From Gemmatimonadota bacterium (GTDB taxonomy: Bacteria > Gemmatimonadota > Gemmatimonadetes > Longimicrobiales > Gaopeijiaceae), in NCBI GenBank assembly GCA_039589315.1, contig JBDHHQ010000047.1, positions 1-51,507 on the forward strand: a stretch of 51,507 bases of DNA, read 5' to 3'. Under the pieces are notes generated by a model. That model was given only the letters and a program-made list of their open reading frames with translations, made no database searches and was not told the DNA's origin. A program made the translations under genes and the position numbers. Shown one piece after another: positions 36,946 through 46,542 of this stretch (positions are counted from its first letter, which is position 1; each line of letters opens with the position of its first letter).

Positions 36946-39645
36946 TCAAGCAGGAAGGATCGTCCGCGGATCGATCTCGGCGGCTCGGCGCGACGGGAGA
37001 TAGGTGGCGCACATCCCGACCAGAAGGAGGAAGGCTCCCACCGCCACATACGTCCCGGGGTCGGTCGGCTCCGTTTTGAACAGCAGGGCAGACAGCACGC
37101 GTGACGCCGCCAGCGCCACCGCCGTCCCGAGCAGAACACCCGTAATCACCAGCCGGGCACCGTGCTTGACCAGCATGAGGACGATGGAGTTTGGTCTGCC
37201 ACCCAACGCGAGGCGGATCCCGATCTCGTGGCCACGTCGCCTCACGGTGAACGACACCAGCCCGTAGACCCCGAAGGCGGCCAGCATCACCGCGACCGCC
37301 GCCACGACGGTGAGGAAGGTCGGCAGGAAGCGGTCGAGCACTACGACGTCGGAATAGCGCTCGTCGACTGCGCGGAGCTGGGACAGGGTCGCTTCGGCGT
37401 CGATCTTCCTGATTTCGCGCCGAACGGATGCGGCCAGATCGGAGGGCAGCGAGTCGCAGCGCAGAAGGAGCGTCATGCCTCGGGCAGGGACGTTCCGGTG
37501 CCACACGTAGACGCTCGCGACCTGTGGAAGCACAGGGTGCACGTCGGACACGTCGCCCACGACACCGATCACACGGCTCGAGGGTCCGCTCGGCCCCTCC
37601 CAGCGAAGGAGCTGTCCCACGGCTCCTTCTCCAGGCCAGAGGCGGCGCGCGAGGGTCTCCCCCACGACGACCTCCGTCTGCCCCACGACGACTTCCGCCT
37701 CATCCGCTACCACCGCCGCCTGAGCCGCGGTACGTCCGGTTTCACCGAAGACCGTCCCCGCGAGTACCGGCACCTCCGTGGTCCGGAAGTAGTCATCCGT
37801 AACGACGCGCCAGTCGGCGGTGACGTACTCCTCGATCGCCGCGTCCAGGCGACCCAGCTCCGTGAACTTCCTCGGGGAAAGGTCGAAGAACCGCATGTCG
37901 GTCGCGGCGACGCCCGTAATGCCCGGGATGCCCCGCAGTCCCTCCACCACCTCTCGGTACCGCGTCGGCACCTCTGCGCCGGCGTGCCGTGTGGAGAGCT
38001 GGACTTCCACTGCCATCAGCCCCTCTGTCCTGAACCCCGAGTCCACGCTTTGGAGCTGCTGGAAGGATCTGGCGAGCAGCCCCGCCACCACCAGGAGCGT
38101 CATGGCCATGGCCACCTGCCCGACGACCAGCCCGTCCCGGATCCGACGGCCCGACCTCGAGGTCCCCCCACCGGTCTCCGAAAGGGCCCGCTGGAGCCTG
38201 AGGCGGGCCGCCTGTAGGGCAGAACCGAGCCCGACCCCGAGTCCCTCGAGCGCCGATGCGAGCAGCGCGAAGGAAAGGACGCTCCAATCCAGGGTGACTT
38301 CGCTCATCCGCGGCACGAGCTCCGGCTGGGCGGCAACGATGGGGATCAGCACGTAGGCGGCCGCGATCCCCACGACGGCTCCGCCGAGGCCGACGATCGC
38401 GCTCTCCGAGAGCAGCTGCCGGACGACGCCCCACCTGCCGGCGCCGAGGGCTGAGCGCACCCCGATCTCCGTTTGCCGCGCGGTGGTCCGCGCCATCAGG
38501 AGATTCGAGATGTTGGCCCCGATGAGCAGGAGCAGAAGGCCCAGGGAAGAAACCAAGGTGACTGCGACCAGCCTGACCTGAGGCCCTACCAGGTAGTCGG
38601 TCAGGGGGATCAGATGCGCGCTCCAGCCTGCGTTCGAGGCCGGGTAGCGCTGCGAGAGGTCGGCTGCGATCCGCTGGACTTCGTCCAGGGCCTCGGGCAG
38701 TGCGACCCCGGGACGGAGTCGCCCGTACACCTGGAGCCTGTGGTCCTCGCGCGGCACATTGGGATCCGGTGCCCTCGGTAGCCAGACATCCACTCCCTGG
38801 AGCACCGAGAGCTCCTCGGGTGCGACGCCGACGATGACGAATGAGCCTTCATCGAGGCGTAGCGTCCGCCCCACGACTTGCGGATCCGCGCCGAATCGCC
38901 GTGCCCAGAGCTCGTGGCTCAGGACGGCGGTGGGCGCAGCCTGCCCCGGAAGCCCCTCTCCCGGAAGGAACAGCCGGCCGTGCGCTGGAGCCACCCGCAG
39001 CACCCGGAACAGGGACGACGTGACGAAACCGGCGGCCAGCGACTCCGCGTCGTCCTCGCTCAGGAACGTGACCTCTTCCTGGTGCACGGCGGCAAGGTCG
39101 AGAACGCCCTGGCCTCGGTCCCGGAAATCGATGAAGTCGGGCTGCGAAGCGTGGAAGTCCACTCCCTGTGGATTGATCTCGGAGAGCCGGACCAATCGGC
39201 CGGGCTCGGGGAAGGGGATCGGCCGAAGGACGACGGCGTTGAAGGCGCTGAAGATCGTGGTGCTGGCTCCGATGCCCACCCCGAGGGCAATCATCAACGC
39301 GATCGTGAAGACGGGGCTCCGCGTCAGCGTCGTGTAGGCGTACTCCAGGTCGCGAGCCACGGCGCGCCCTACGGCGAGCCCGCGAAGTTGGGGAAGGTCC
39401 TGCGTGTAGTCGGAGGACTGAGGTGGTCCCAGGCGTGCGGCCACGTATCGCAGGGCGATCCGCATCACGCACCACCAATACCATCCGGTCGCGTAGCTGT
39501 GGGAGCGCGCCTCGGCGGTCTCGTGGTACTCCTCCCACAGATCGCCGAGGATCCCTTCTCGCGCTGTCGGGTCCGCCAGGACCAGGCTCAGGAGGCGCTC
39601 GGCCAGCTCGGGCGGGCCGCGGCCTCCCCCCAACCATGGGCTCAT
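36946..39645 (-). CDS. ADOP-type duplicated ABC permease 6
   Basis: ATGA overlap with PadR stop; ALGVGIGASTTIFS, ANISNLLMAR, EIGVRSALGA, EIGIRLALG, PSRRAAEIDP. Confidence 0.95.
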   Translation of the reverse strand: MSPWLGGGRGPPELAERLLSLVLADPTAREGILGDLWEEYHETAEARSHSYATGWYWWCVMRIALRYVAARLGPPQSSDYTQDLPQLRGLAVGRAVARDLEYAYTTLTRSPVFTIALMIALGVGIGASTTIFSAFNAVVLRPIPFPEPGRLVRLSEINPQGVDFHASQPDFIDFRDRGQGVLDLAAVHQEEVTFLSEDDAESLAAGFVTSSLFRVLRVAPAHGRLFLPGEGLPGQAAPTAVLSHELWARRFGADPQVVGRTLRLDEGSFVIVGVAPEELSVLQGVDVWLPRAPDPNVPREDHRLQVYGRLRPGVALPEALDEVQRIAADLSQRYPASNAGWSAHLIPLTDYLVGPQVRLVAVTLVSSLGLLLLLIGANISNLLMARTTARQTEIGVRSALGAGRWGVVRQLLSESAIVGLGGAVVGIAAAYVLIPIVAAQPELVPRMSEVTLDWSVLSFALLASALEGLGVGLGSALQAARLRLQRALSETGGGTSRSGRRIRDGLVVGQVAMAMTLLVVAGLLARSFQQLQSVDSGFRTEGLMAVEVQLSTRHAGAEVPTRYREVVEGLRGIPGITGVAATDMRFFDLSPRKFTELGRLDAAIEEYVTADWRVVTDDYFRTTEVPVLAGTVFGETGRTAAQAAVVADEAEVVVGQTEVVVGETLARRLWPGEGAVGQLLRWEGPSGPSSRVIGVVGDVSDVHPVLPQVASVYVWHRNVPARGMTLLLRCDSLPSDLAASVRREIRKIDAEATLSQLRAVDERYSDVVVLDRFLPTFLTVVAAVAVMLAAFGVYGLVSFTVRRRGHEIGIRLALGGRPNSIVLMLVKHGARLVITGVLLGTAVALAASRVLSALLFKTEPTDPGTYVAVGAFLLLVGMCATYLPSRRAAEIDPRTILPA

Positions 39646-39971
39646 GCTTCGTCCAGAATCGCCTCGAGGCCGTCCCAGAGGTTCTGCAGCGCCGCCCGGG
39701 ACTCCCTCAGCGCCGTCACTCCCGCGGGAGTGACCTTGAAGTACCGCCTGGCCCGCCCGCCTCGATCGGGCCCCGCCTCCCGAAGCTCGGACTCGAGAAG
39801 CCCCTTGGAAACCATGCGATCCAGCGTGATGTACGAGGCCCCGTGAGTCACCGTCCGGTTGGCCCGTTTCTGCAGCTCCCCCCGGATCGCACGCCCGTAC
39901 GCCCCGTCACCGAGGCGCAGGATCGCGAGCAGCACCATCTGCTCGAATTCGCCGAGAAAGCCGTTGCCCAT
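39642..39971 (-). CDS. PadR family transcriptional regulator (type C, LGxFE)
   Basis: LGEFEQMVLLAIL...GASYITLDRMVSKG...RGGRARRYF. Confidence 0.93.
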   Translation of the reverse strand: MGNGFLGEFEQMVLLAILRLGDGAYGRAIRGELQKRANRTVTHGASYITLDRMVSKGLLESELREAGPDRGGRARRYFKVTPAGVTALRESRAALQNLWDGLEAILDEA

Positions 39972-40039
39972 GTTTCGTCCTATGGTCCACAGGATCTGCG
40001 GGACGGCTCCGTCCGGTAGCCGTCCCCCACAATCATGAT

Positions 40040-40071
40040 TGTTACATAGTAGCACCGCAACCGGGAGTCAA
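40040..40071 (-). promoter_or_regulatory. Putative operator/promoter of PadR-permease 6
   Basis: TGTTAC-ATA-GTAGCA (40040-40054) imperfect palindrome; minus TTGACT at 40071-40066. Confidence 0.5.
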
Positions 40072-40191
40072 CGCCACGCCGGGGCGACTCGTGATCGCGT
40101 GGGTCGCGACTCGCTCTTACGTCGAGAGCACCTCGGCCGAAAGACGGTGGCGCAACGTCAGCCAGGAAGACGTTGCGTTACCGTCCACCTC

Positions 40192-41088
40192 TCATTCCAG
40201 GAAAGCCCGAATCCGCTCCCAGAACTCCTCCTCGTACCGCTGCAGGCTCAAGCCGAACCGTTCCTCGAACAACGTCTCGAACCGGGCGCCGTTCCGGACG
40301 TCGAGGTAGATATCCCGAATCGCGGACTCGGGCCGGCCCAGACCGTCGGGATCCAACAGGTACTTCGTCGCCAGCTCGAACATGGCGTACAGGTACTTGT
40401 ACCCGAGGTTCTCCACGTCCGGGTAGTCCTCGTACCGGTGCATGGCAACAGGATTGACACCACCATACGTGGCCACGAGCGAGTCCAGCGTCGCGAGAGA
40501 CGTGATGCTCCCGGAGCTGCTCGTGCCTCCGGCCACGTACTCGGCGATTCCCTCCGTCAGCCAGACGTCCACCAGTCGCGGATTGTCCGTCCCCTTCAAC
40601 AACCCCTCGGTGGCGTGCATGAGCTCATGGGTCACGACCCTGGTGTAGTTGCCCAGCTCGGTGCTCCGAATCGGATGATCCAACGAGTAGATCATCAAGC
40701 CGCCGTAGTAGCCCCATCCGCCCCACGACTGTTCGTAACGGTCCCTGTACGTGTAGATGTGGAGCTTCGATTGACTCGGGGGCCATCTGAACATGGTCGC
40801 GGGATCGATCTCGAAGTCGTCGATGAGCTCGACCATGAGGCTCTCGCCGATCTCCGACAGCTTCTCGCGTGCCTCGAAGCTCGCCGCGTCGCTGTACACG
40901 ATGAAGTTGGCGCTCTCGTACGGTGCGCCATCGTGAGGCCACCGGAACCCGGTTCGGTACCAGGAGCCGCTGTCCACCATCCCGTCCTGGTCCGTGGGCG
41001 AGTCGCCACATGCGGCACCGGAAAAAAGGACGAGCGCGAAGACCAGGACGTGCGGCGCCGCGCCATCAGTCTGCCGTCTCATGCCCAT
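40192..41088 (-). CDS. Lipoprotein, putative gluzincin (clan MA) zinc metallopeptidase
   Basis: GAAC lipobox; HELMH followed by WLTEGIAEY; AGGAGG SD. Confidence 0.85.
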   Translation of the reverse strand: MGMRRQTDGAAPHVLVFALVLFSGAACGDSPTDQDGMVDSGSWYRTGFRWPHDGAPYESANFIVYSDAASFEAREKLSEIGESLMVELIDDFEIDPATMFRWPPSQSKLHIYTYRDRYEQSWGGWGYYGGLMIYSLDHPIRSTELGNYTRVVTHELMHATEGLLKGTDNPRLVDVWLTEGIAEYVAGGTSSSGSITSLATLDSLVATYGGVNPVAMHRYEDYPDVENLGYKYLYAMFELATKYLLDPDGLGRPESAIRDIYLDVRNGARFETLFEERFGLSLQRYEEEFWERIRAFLE

Positions 41089-41097
41089 GCCTCCTTC

Positions 41098-41952
41098 TCA
41101 TCCGTTCCCGCTGATGGTGATGTCGCCGGCCGCCGTGTGGACACGAATGGTCCCGTCGCCGTCCCCCAGCGTGCCACGGACGGCCGAAGTCCGGGGATCC
41201 AGGTCGTTCACGGTGAGGTCGACGACGTTCACCCGGCCCGCGGCGGAAGTCGCCTCCAACCACGCCGAAGTGCCCCGCGGGATGCTCAGCCGGATCTCAC
41301 CCGCGCCTGTGCCCAGGTCGACGATGCCACTGGGTTGCACCTCGGTGGAGACCGCGATTGCGCCCGCAGCCACGGCGACGCGCACGTTCCCGTGCAGGTC
41401 TTCGAGGGTGACGGAGCCCGCGGCGATTTGCACTTCGACGTCCGCTCGAACAAAGCGCACTTCGACCGGGCCGGCTCCCTGCTCGAGCGTCAGGGCCACG
41501 CCATCCGGAACGGTCATGCGGTAGTCGACTTGATAGGTCCGGCCCTGGCCACGACTCGGCTGCACGGTCTCGAGAAAGAGCGTCTGGCCGGACTCCCGCA
41601 CCTCGACCCGTAGCTCGGCGAGGGCGCTCGTCGCGTCCTCGACACTGTGAGAGCGGACCCGGCGGGTGCCCTCCACCACGACCTCGGTGGCCGATAAGAT
41701 TCCGACGATCTCGACGGAACCAGCCACGCCCACCAAAGCGAGCTCGGGCAGGGCCACTGCCCGGAGCTCGAACGACTCCTGCGCCTGATACGCCGGGGTC
41801 GAGGGCTCGCAGAAGCCATCGCTCCCGCACAAATCAGGTCCTTCGATGGTCACGTCGCCGCAGCCTGCCAGCGCCATGCACCCTGCTACCAGGGCCACGT
41901 AAACAGGATTGCGAAGCCCGCTCATGCGGATCCGCTTCGTTGCATCGGTCAT
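41098..41952 (-). CDS. DUF4097-like beta-strand repeat lipoprotein
   Basis: LAGC lipobox; VDYRMTVP; repeated T/V.AG.[IV] units; GDGDGTIRVHTAAGDITI; GGAGG SD. Confidence 0.85.
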   Translation of the reverse strand: MTDATKRIRMSGLRNPVYVALVAGCMALAGCGDVTIEGPDLCGSDGFCEPSTPAYQAQESFELRAVALPELALVGVAGSVEIVGILSATEVVVEGTRRVRSHSVEDATSALAELRVEVRESGQTLFLETVQPSRGQGRTYQVDYRMTVPDGVALTLEQGAGPVEVRFVRADVEVQIAAGSVTLEDLHGNVRVAVAAGAIAVSTEVQPSGIVDLGTGAGEIRLSIPRGTSAWLEATSAAGRVNVVDLTVNDLDPRTSAVRGTLGDGDGTIRVHTAAGDITISGNG

Positions 41953-42033
41953 TTGTCTTCACCTCCCGTCGGTCACCACTCCACACCGCCGTGCGGCATC
42001 GCCTCGGGAGCTGATACCGCCGGACGGTGTTAG

Positions 42034-42080
42034 CTACATTGTAGTATGTTACAATGTAGTCAGTTTTGGAAGGACGTCAA
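42034..42080 (-). promoter_or_regulatory. Promoter with perfect 10-bp inverted repeat operator
   Basis: CTACATTGTA-GTATGT-TACAATGTAG (42034-42059); minus TTGACG-N16-TACATT. Confidence 0.75.
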
Positions 42081-42243
42081 GCCCGGTCAATCGGGTGGTG
42101 GCGGGACGACTTCCACGCCGGTCCGTATCGCCGCTCGCACGCCTCAGAGGTGCGGTGTGCTCTCGCGTTGGTTCTTCGGTGTTCTCGACGACCGAGGTGA
42201 CGCCGACAACGCCCGGTGACGATCGTTGGGCAGAGGGCGTGGC

Positions 42244-43131
42244 TCAGTCGTCGGAGGCGAGAAAGTCCTGCAGGCGTTGGCCTACGACGCCTTCCGGCTC
42301 GGCGAAGTACACGTGCCCGGCCCTCGGAACGACGATCGCTTCGCGCAGGCTGGGGATCACGGCCTGGGCGCGGCGGGCCACTCGGTCGCCGGGGAACAGC
42401 ACGTCCTTCTGGCCTGCCACGACCAGAACCGGCGCCCGGAGCTCGCGCAGCTCTTCGGCCTGGAGGAGCGGAGCGGGTTTGGGAGGTCCCGTCACGTATC
42501 TCATGTAATGCGTCATCTGCTCCAGGAATGCTTCGGGGATGGCCGCGTCGTCACCGCTCAACGCGCGAACGAACCGGTGAGCGTTGGCCTCTGACCGGGA
42601 GATCAGGTAGCGAATTGCCGGCCACGTCACGGACCGGACGAACGGGATCATGCGTGGCTTGGCCAATCCCTCGGGTACGAGCAGCGTCATTCGCGCGATT
42701 CGGTCGGGCATTGCTGCCGCGGCCTTCAGGGCGACGAACCCCCCCAGCGACAGTCCGAACAACCGGACCCGGTCCAGACCGAGTGCGTCCAGCGCGTCCC
42801 ACATCCAGTGACCGTATCCGGGTCCAGTCTTGTCCGGGCGGGCCTCGGAGCTGCGACCCGGCTCTCCCGGGAGATCGAGGAAGTAGCGGCGAAACCCCAG
42901 CCCGACCCAACCGAAGGTGTCTGCGAGGTCCGGAGCGCTGCTGGCCGCGCCATGGAGGAGGACCAGAGGCGGACCTTCACCAGCTACCAGGGCGTGAGCC
43001 CGGCCGAAACGGGTCGTCACCCAGCGTGACTCATACGCGGGGCCCAGGCGTGCGAGCCGGCGAGAGTACAACTCCGCCAGTGCCTTTCGGCCTTCGGGGG
43101 ACCGGTAGATGGATGGCGTCGAGGCGGTCAC
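42244..43131 (-). CDS. Alpha/beta fold hydrolase (start uncertain, GTG 43131 or 43173)
   Basis: PLVLLHG, DLPGEPGRS, GLSLGG, GQKD, AGH. Confidence 0.9.
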   Translation of the reverse strand: MTASTPSIYRSPEGRKALAELYSRRLARLGPAYESRWVTTRFGRAHALVAGEGPPLVLLHGAASSAPDLADTFGWVGLGFRRYFLDLPGEPGRSSEARPDKTGPGYGHWMWDALDALGLDRVRLFGLSLGGFVALKAAAAMPDRIARMTLLVPEGLAKPRMIPFVRSVTWPAIRYLISRSEANAHRFVRALSGDDAAIPEAFLEQMTHYMRYVTGPPKPAPLLQAEELRELRAPVLVVAGQKDVLFPGDRVARRAQAVIPSLREAIVVPRAGHVYFAEPEGVVGQRLQDFLASDD

Positions 43132-43214
43132 GGGGCGCGATGGCTGAGGTGAACAGCTGTGTATAGTATTCACCTTCCCGATGCGGATTCGCCCCCTCTT
43201 TCTGGAGAGACCCC

Positions 43215-43562
43215 ATGAGCGAGATCCAAGTGACCGCCCGGCTGAGGATCCACGATGGGAAGCTCGAGGAGTTCAAGGATGTGGCGGAGAAATGCATGGA
43301 GTCCGTCCGTACCAAGGATACGGGCACGCTCCAGTACGATTGGTTCTTCAACGCGGATCACACCGAGTGCGTGGTGCGGGAGACGTACCGCGACTCCGAG
43401 GCCGTCCTCGAACACATGGCCAACCTCGGCGGTGAGCTGATGGAGGCGCTCTTGGGGGTTTGCGACTTGGAGGTCGAGTTCTTTGGCGCTCCGAGCGAGG
43501 AGCTACTCGAGGCCTTGTCCGGCTTCGGCCCCGGCGTCTATTCCGCGTACCAGTCGATCTAG
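43215..43562 (+). CDS. ABM/putative quinol monooxygenase family protein
   Basis: KDTGTLQYDWF...VRETYRDSEAVLEH; GGAGA SD. Confidence 0.85.
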   Translation: MSEIQVTARLRIHDGKLEEFKDVAEKCMESVRTKDTGTLQYDWFFNADHTECVVRETYRDSEAVLEHMANLGGELMEALLGVCDLEVEFFGAPSEELLEALSGFGPGVYSAYQSI

Positions 43563-43566
43563 GACG

Positions 43567-44331
43567 ATGCGCGGCTTGAAAGGCAAGAACGTAGTGGTGA
43601 CCGGTGGGGCCAGTGGCATCGGCCAGGCCACCGCGACGCGCTTTCTGGAAGAGGGTTGCAGCGTCTGCGTTCTGGACCGCAGCGACGAGGCGTTGGCCAG
43701 GGTCTCCGCCGAGCTGCCCGACCTGGCCGCGGCGATCAGGGCGGACGTTTCGAACCTCGAGCGGGTACGAGCGGCATTCACCGAAGCGATCGACCACATG
43801 GGTTCCGTCGACGTGCTGATCAACAACGCCGGTATCAGCATCCGCCACGACTTCCTCGACATCACGCCGGAGGAATGGGACGAGGTGCTGAACGTGAACC
43901 TCAAGGGCGTCTTCCATGCGGCGCAGACCGCCGCACGACACATGATGGCCAAGGGCTCCGGCGTGATTCTCAACACCGCCTCCACCGCGGGATCCACGGG
44001 GTACCCGCACTACGCCGACTACAGTGCCAGCAAGGGGGGTGTGATCGCGCTGACTCTCGCCATGGCGCTGGAGCTGGCACCCGTCGTCCGTGTAAACGCG
44101 ATCTCCCCCGGATACGTGCTCACCCCGATGCAGCGCGCCGAGTACACGGACGAGATGCTGGACGCGGTGAACCGCAAGATTCCGCTTGGACGGCACGCGA
44201 AGCCCGCAGAGATCGCCGCGCTATTCGCGTTCCTGGCGTCCGAGGATGCCGCGTTCGCCACCGGGCAGGTCTATGTCATGGATGGTGGGGAGACGACGGG
44301 GGGGTTGTGCAGCCAGTGGACGCATGAGTAG
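43567..44331 (+). CDS. SDR family NAD(P)-dependent oxidoreductase
   Basis: TGGASGIG, NNAG, YSASK, VRVNAISPG, TGQ...DGG. Confidence 0.95.
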   Translation: MRGLKGKNVVVTGGASGIGQATATRFLEEGCSVCVLDRSDEALARVSAELPDLAAAIRADVSNLERVRAAFTEAIDHMGSVDVLINNAGISIRHDFLDITPEEWDEVLNVNLKGVFHAAQTAARHMMAKGSGVILNTASTAGSTGYPHYADYSASKGGVIALTLAMALELAPVVRVNAISPGYVLTPMQRAEYTDEMLDAVNRKIPLGRHAKPAEIAALFAFLASEDAAFATGQVYVMDGGETTGGLCSQWTHE

Positions 44332-44518
44332 TCGGGTGGGCGCTGTTCACGATACGGACAAGGACCTGGGGAGGAACGAGCGGACGATGGAGGTGGGGCG
44401 GTTGGGGTGGGGGGATGCTGTAACCGACCCGTGTTGCCCCCGGATACGCGGATCTCGGCATCGGTGAAGTGGTGGAGCTGGGAACCCGTAACCGCGCGGA
44501 AGCGAGGAGGCTGGTCCG

Positions 44519-45720
44519 ATCAGAATCGCACTGATGCTGCTGAACGCCGGGCGCGGCAGCGGCGAAGTCGCTCGTCAACAGGCGCGCGAGCTCATAGATC
44601 GCGGGAACGAGATCGTCTTCATGCACCCGGGGGTGGGCGACGGAGTGGCGGGCGCTCTCAACGTGGGTGTCTCCCTTCCTGGAGACATCACGCCGGTCCA
44701 CGAATACCTGCCGTGGGCCGAGGAAGCCCAGAAGGCCGTCTCGGCCATGACGTACGAGGAGGCGCTCGCCTACGTCCCCCACCCATGACGTACGAGGAGG
44801 CGCTCGCCTACGTCCCCCACTACGAGCGTGCGCTCGAGGGGGTGATCGAGGACGTGGACATCGTGATCGGCCACCATGGCAACCTCGTTGCGATTGCCGT
44901 GGCCGAGACCTGTCGTCGCGTCGGAAAGCCCTTCGCCCTGTTCCTGCACGGGACCGGCGTCGAGCCCAGACACCACGGCGGATACGACGATCGGCTCTGG
45001 GAGAGGATCGAAGCGGCCATCCGGGACGCTGCCGGGTTGTTGGTGACCACGGACTACGTCCGCGACTCCCTCGTGCGGCCCCTGGTCGACGTGGATGCCG
45101 AGCGATTCCTGGTGCTTCCCTGCGGTATCGACCTGGAGGAGTTCTCTCCCGCGCGGCTCCCCACCGCCACGCGGCGTTACGATCTGCCGGACCGGTACGT
45201 GATCTGCCCCGGCGCGCTGACGGCAGCGAAGGGGCCTCAGAACGTGGTCGCCGCGTCGGAGGAATATGCCGATCTGGCTCCCACCATCTTCATCGGATCC
45301 GGGGAGCTGCGGCCCCGGTTGGAGCGGGAGCTCGAGGACCGGGGCCGCTTCCTGGGCTTCGTGTCCTCGGCAGACAAGGCCGATCTGATTTGTGGCGCGA
45401 CGCTCCTCGTGGCCGCTCCCGAGAAGAACGAGCACTTCGGGATCATCTACGCCGAGGCACTGGCCGGAGGAACCCCGTGCGTCGCCTATCAAGGCGGTGG
45501 TGTCGACACCATCGTGACCCCGGACGTGGGAATCCTGACTTCCCGCGATCCTGCCGTTCTGGGACAAGCGACTCGCCGGCTACTGCAAGATGAACCGAGG
45601 CGCGAGCGGATGGCGGAGATGGCTCGCCGTAGGGCCGAAGAGAAGTTCGACAGCGTCAAGCTCGCGAGCCGGCTCGAGGCCTGGCTGGAGCAGCTCTGCA
45701 CGGAGCACGCTCGAGTCTAG
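44519..45720 (+). pseudogene. Glycosyltransferase family 4, split by a 38-bp duplication (ORFs 44534..44788 and 44785..45720)
   Basis: IRIAL...GRGSG N-terminus; HGT, PCGIDL, KG, EHFGIIYAEALAGGTP. Confidence 0.85.
44745..44820 (+). repeat. Perfect 38-bp tandem duplication
   Basis: CCATGACGTACGAGGAGGCGCTCGCCTACGTCCCCCAC twice (44745-44782, 44783-44820). Confidence 0.97.
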
Positions 45721-45979
45721 CGCACCTGGCACGGTTTGGACGCTTCGGGGGGCGACGCCGGTCGCTGCCCCCCTTCTGCCGGTTCCTCCGTGCCCTCAGG
45801 ATCGCCGGGGCCCCGTCCGTCGTCGGATGAAGGGCAGTCTGGACGCGGTCCAGGTGTCTTCGTCCGCGCTACGGCCCACATCCTCTTCCGGGAACCCCGA
45901 CAGGTGCACCATCCGCCCCTCGTGAACCAGTTCCGCCCCGGTTGCGCCGCTGGAGAGAACGGAGTATTCGCCCAGTCGG

Positions 45980-46120
45980 AGGCCGTGCCCTCGGTCGGAA
46001 AGGCCGGCGTGCTGATGCCCGAATGTGCTGACAATGCCCTGCAGAGGGAACTCTCTGGCAATCCAAGCGACCGATTCCCGAGCGTCGTGGCGTTCGTCCG
46101 GGCGTTGCAGAGCGGCGCGG
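45980..46120 (+). pseudogene. Remnant of a Ser/Thr kinase domain C-lobe
   Basis: PECADNALQRELSGNPSDRFPSVVAFVRAL parallels PHWLEEVIDRSLEKQPKDRYQSAAELLDAL in the intact kinase at 47032..49917. Confidence 0.5.
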
Positions 46121-46542
46121 ACCTACGGGTGGCCGGGGGGCTTTCGGCCCGTGCGTCGTCGCCCTTGCAGTCTGACTCCGACGCAGGCGGAGCCGCCGCA
46201 CAGTCACGGGCGCCGGGTGTCCGCTCACTCGCTGTAGGAGGCTCGGCGTCCCCGGTGTCGATGGCGGCACACAGCGGTGATCGCTCCCATTCCATAAGGT
46301 TGGCTGTTAGGCGACGACGTGGGAAGCTCGAGTCGGATATCTGGTAGTGTCGTCGGTCAGTGGCAGTCGTCCCGAGGGGGGTACCAGCGCGCCGGTATAG
46401 GCTAGACGCGTTGGCGACCGTTCAGCGCACAAGAAACTCCTTGACTCCCGATCCATTGCAGTGAAAGCGTGTTAGGCCAACCCGAGCGCGGCCCCGGATC
46501 CCGCCGGAACCTCGGTATCAGCCCTCCCGCACGGAGCTTACC

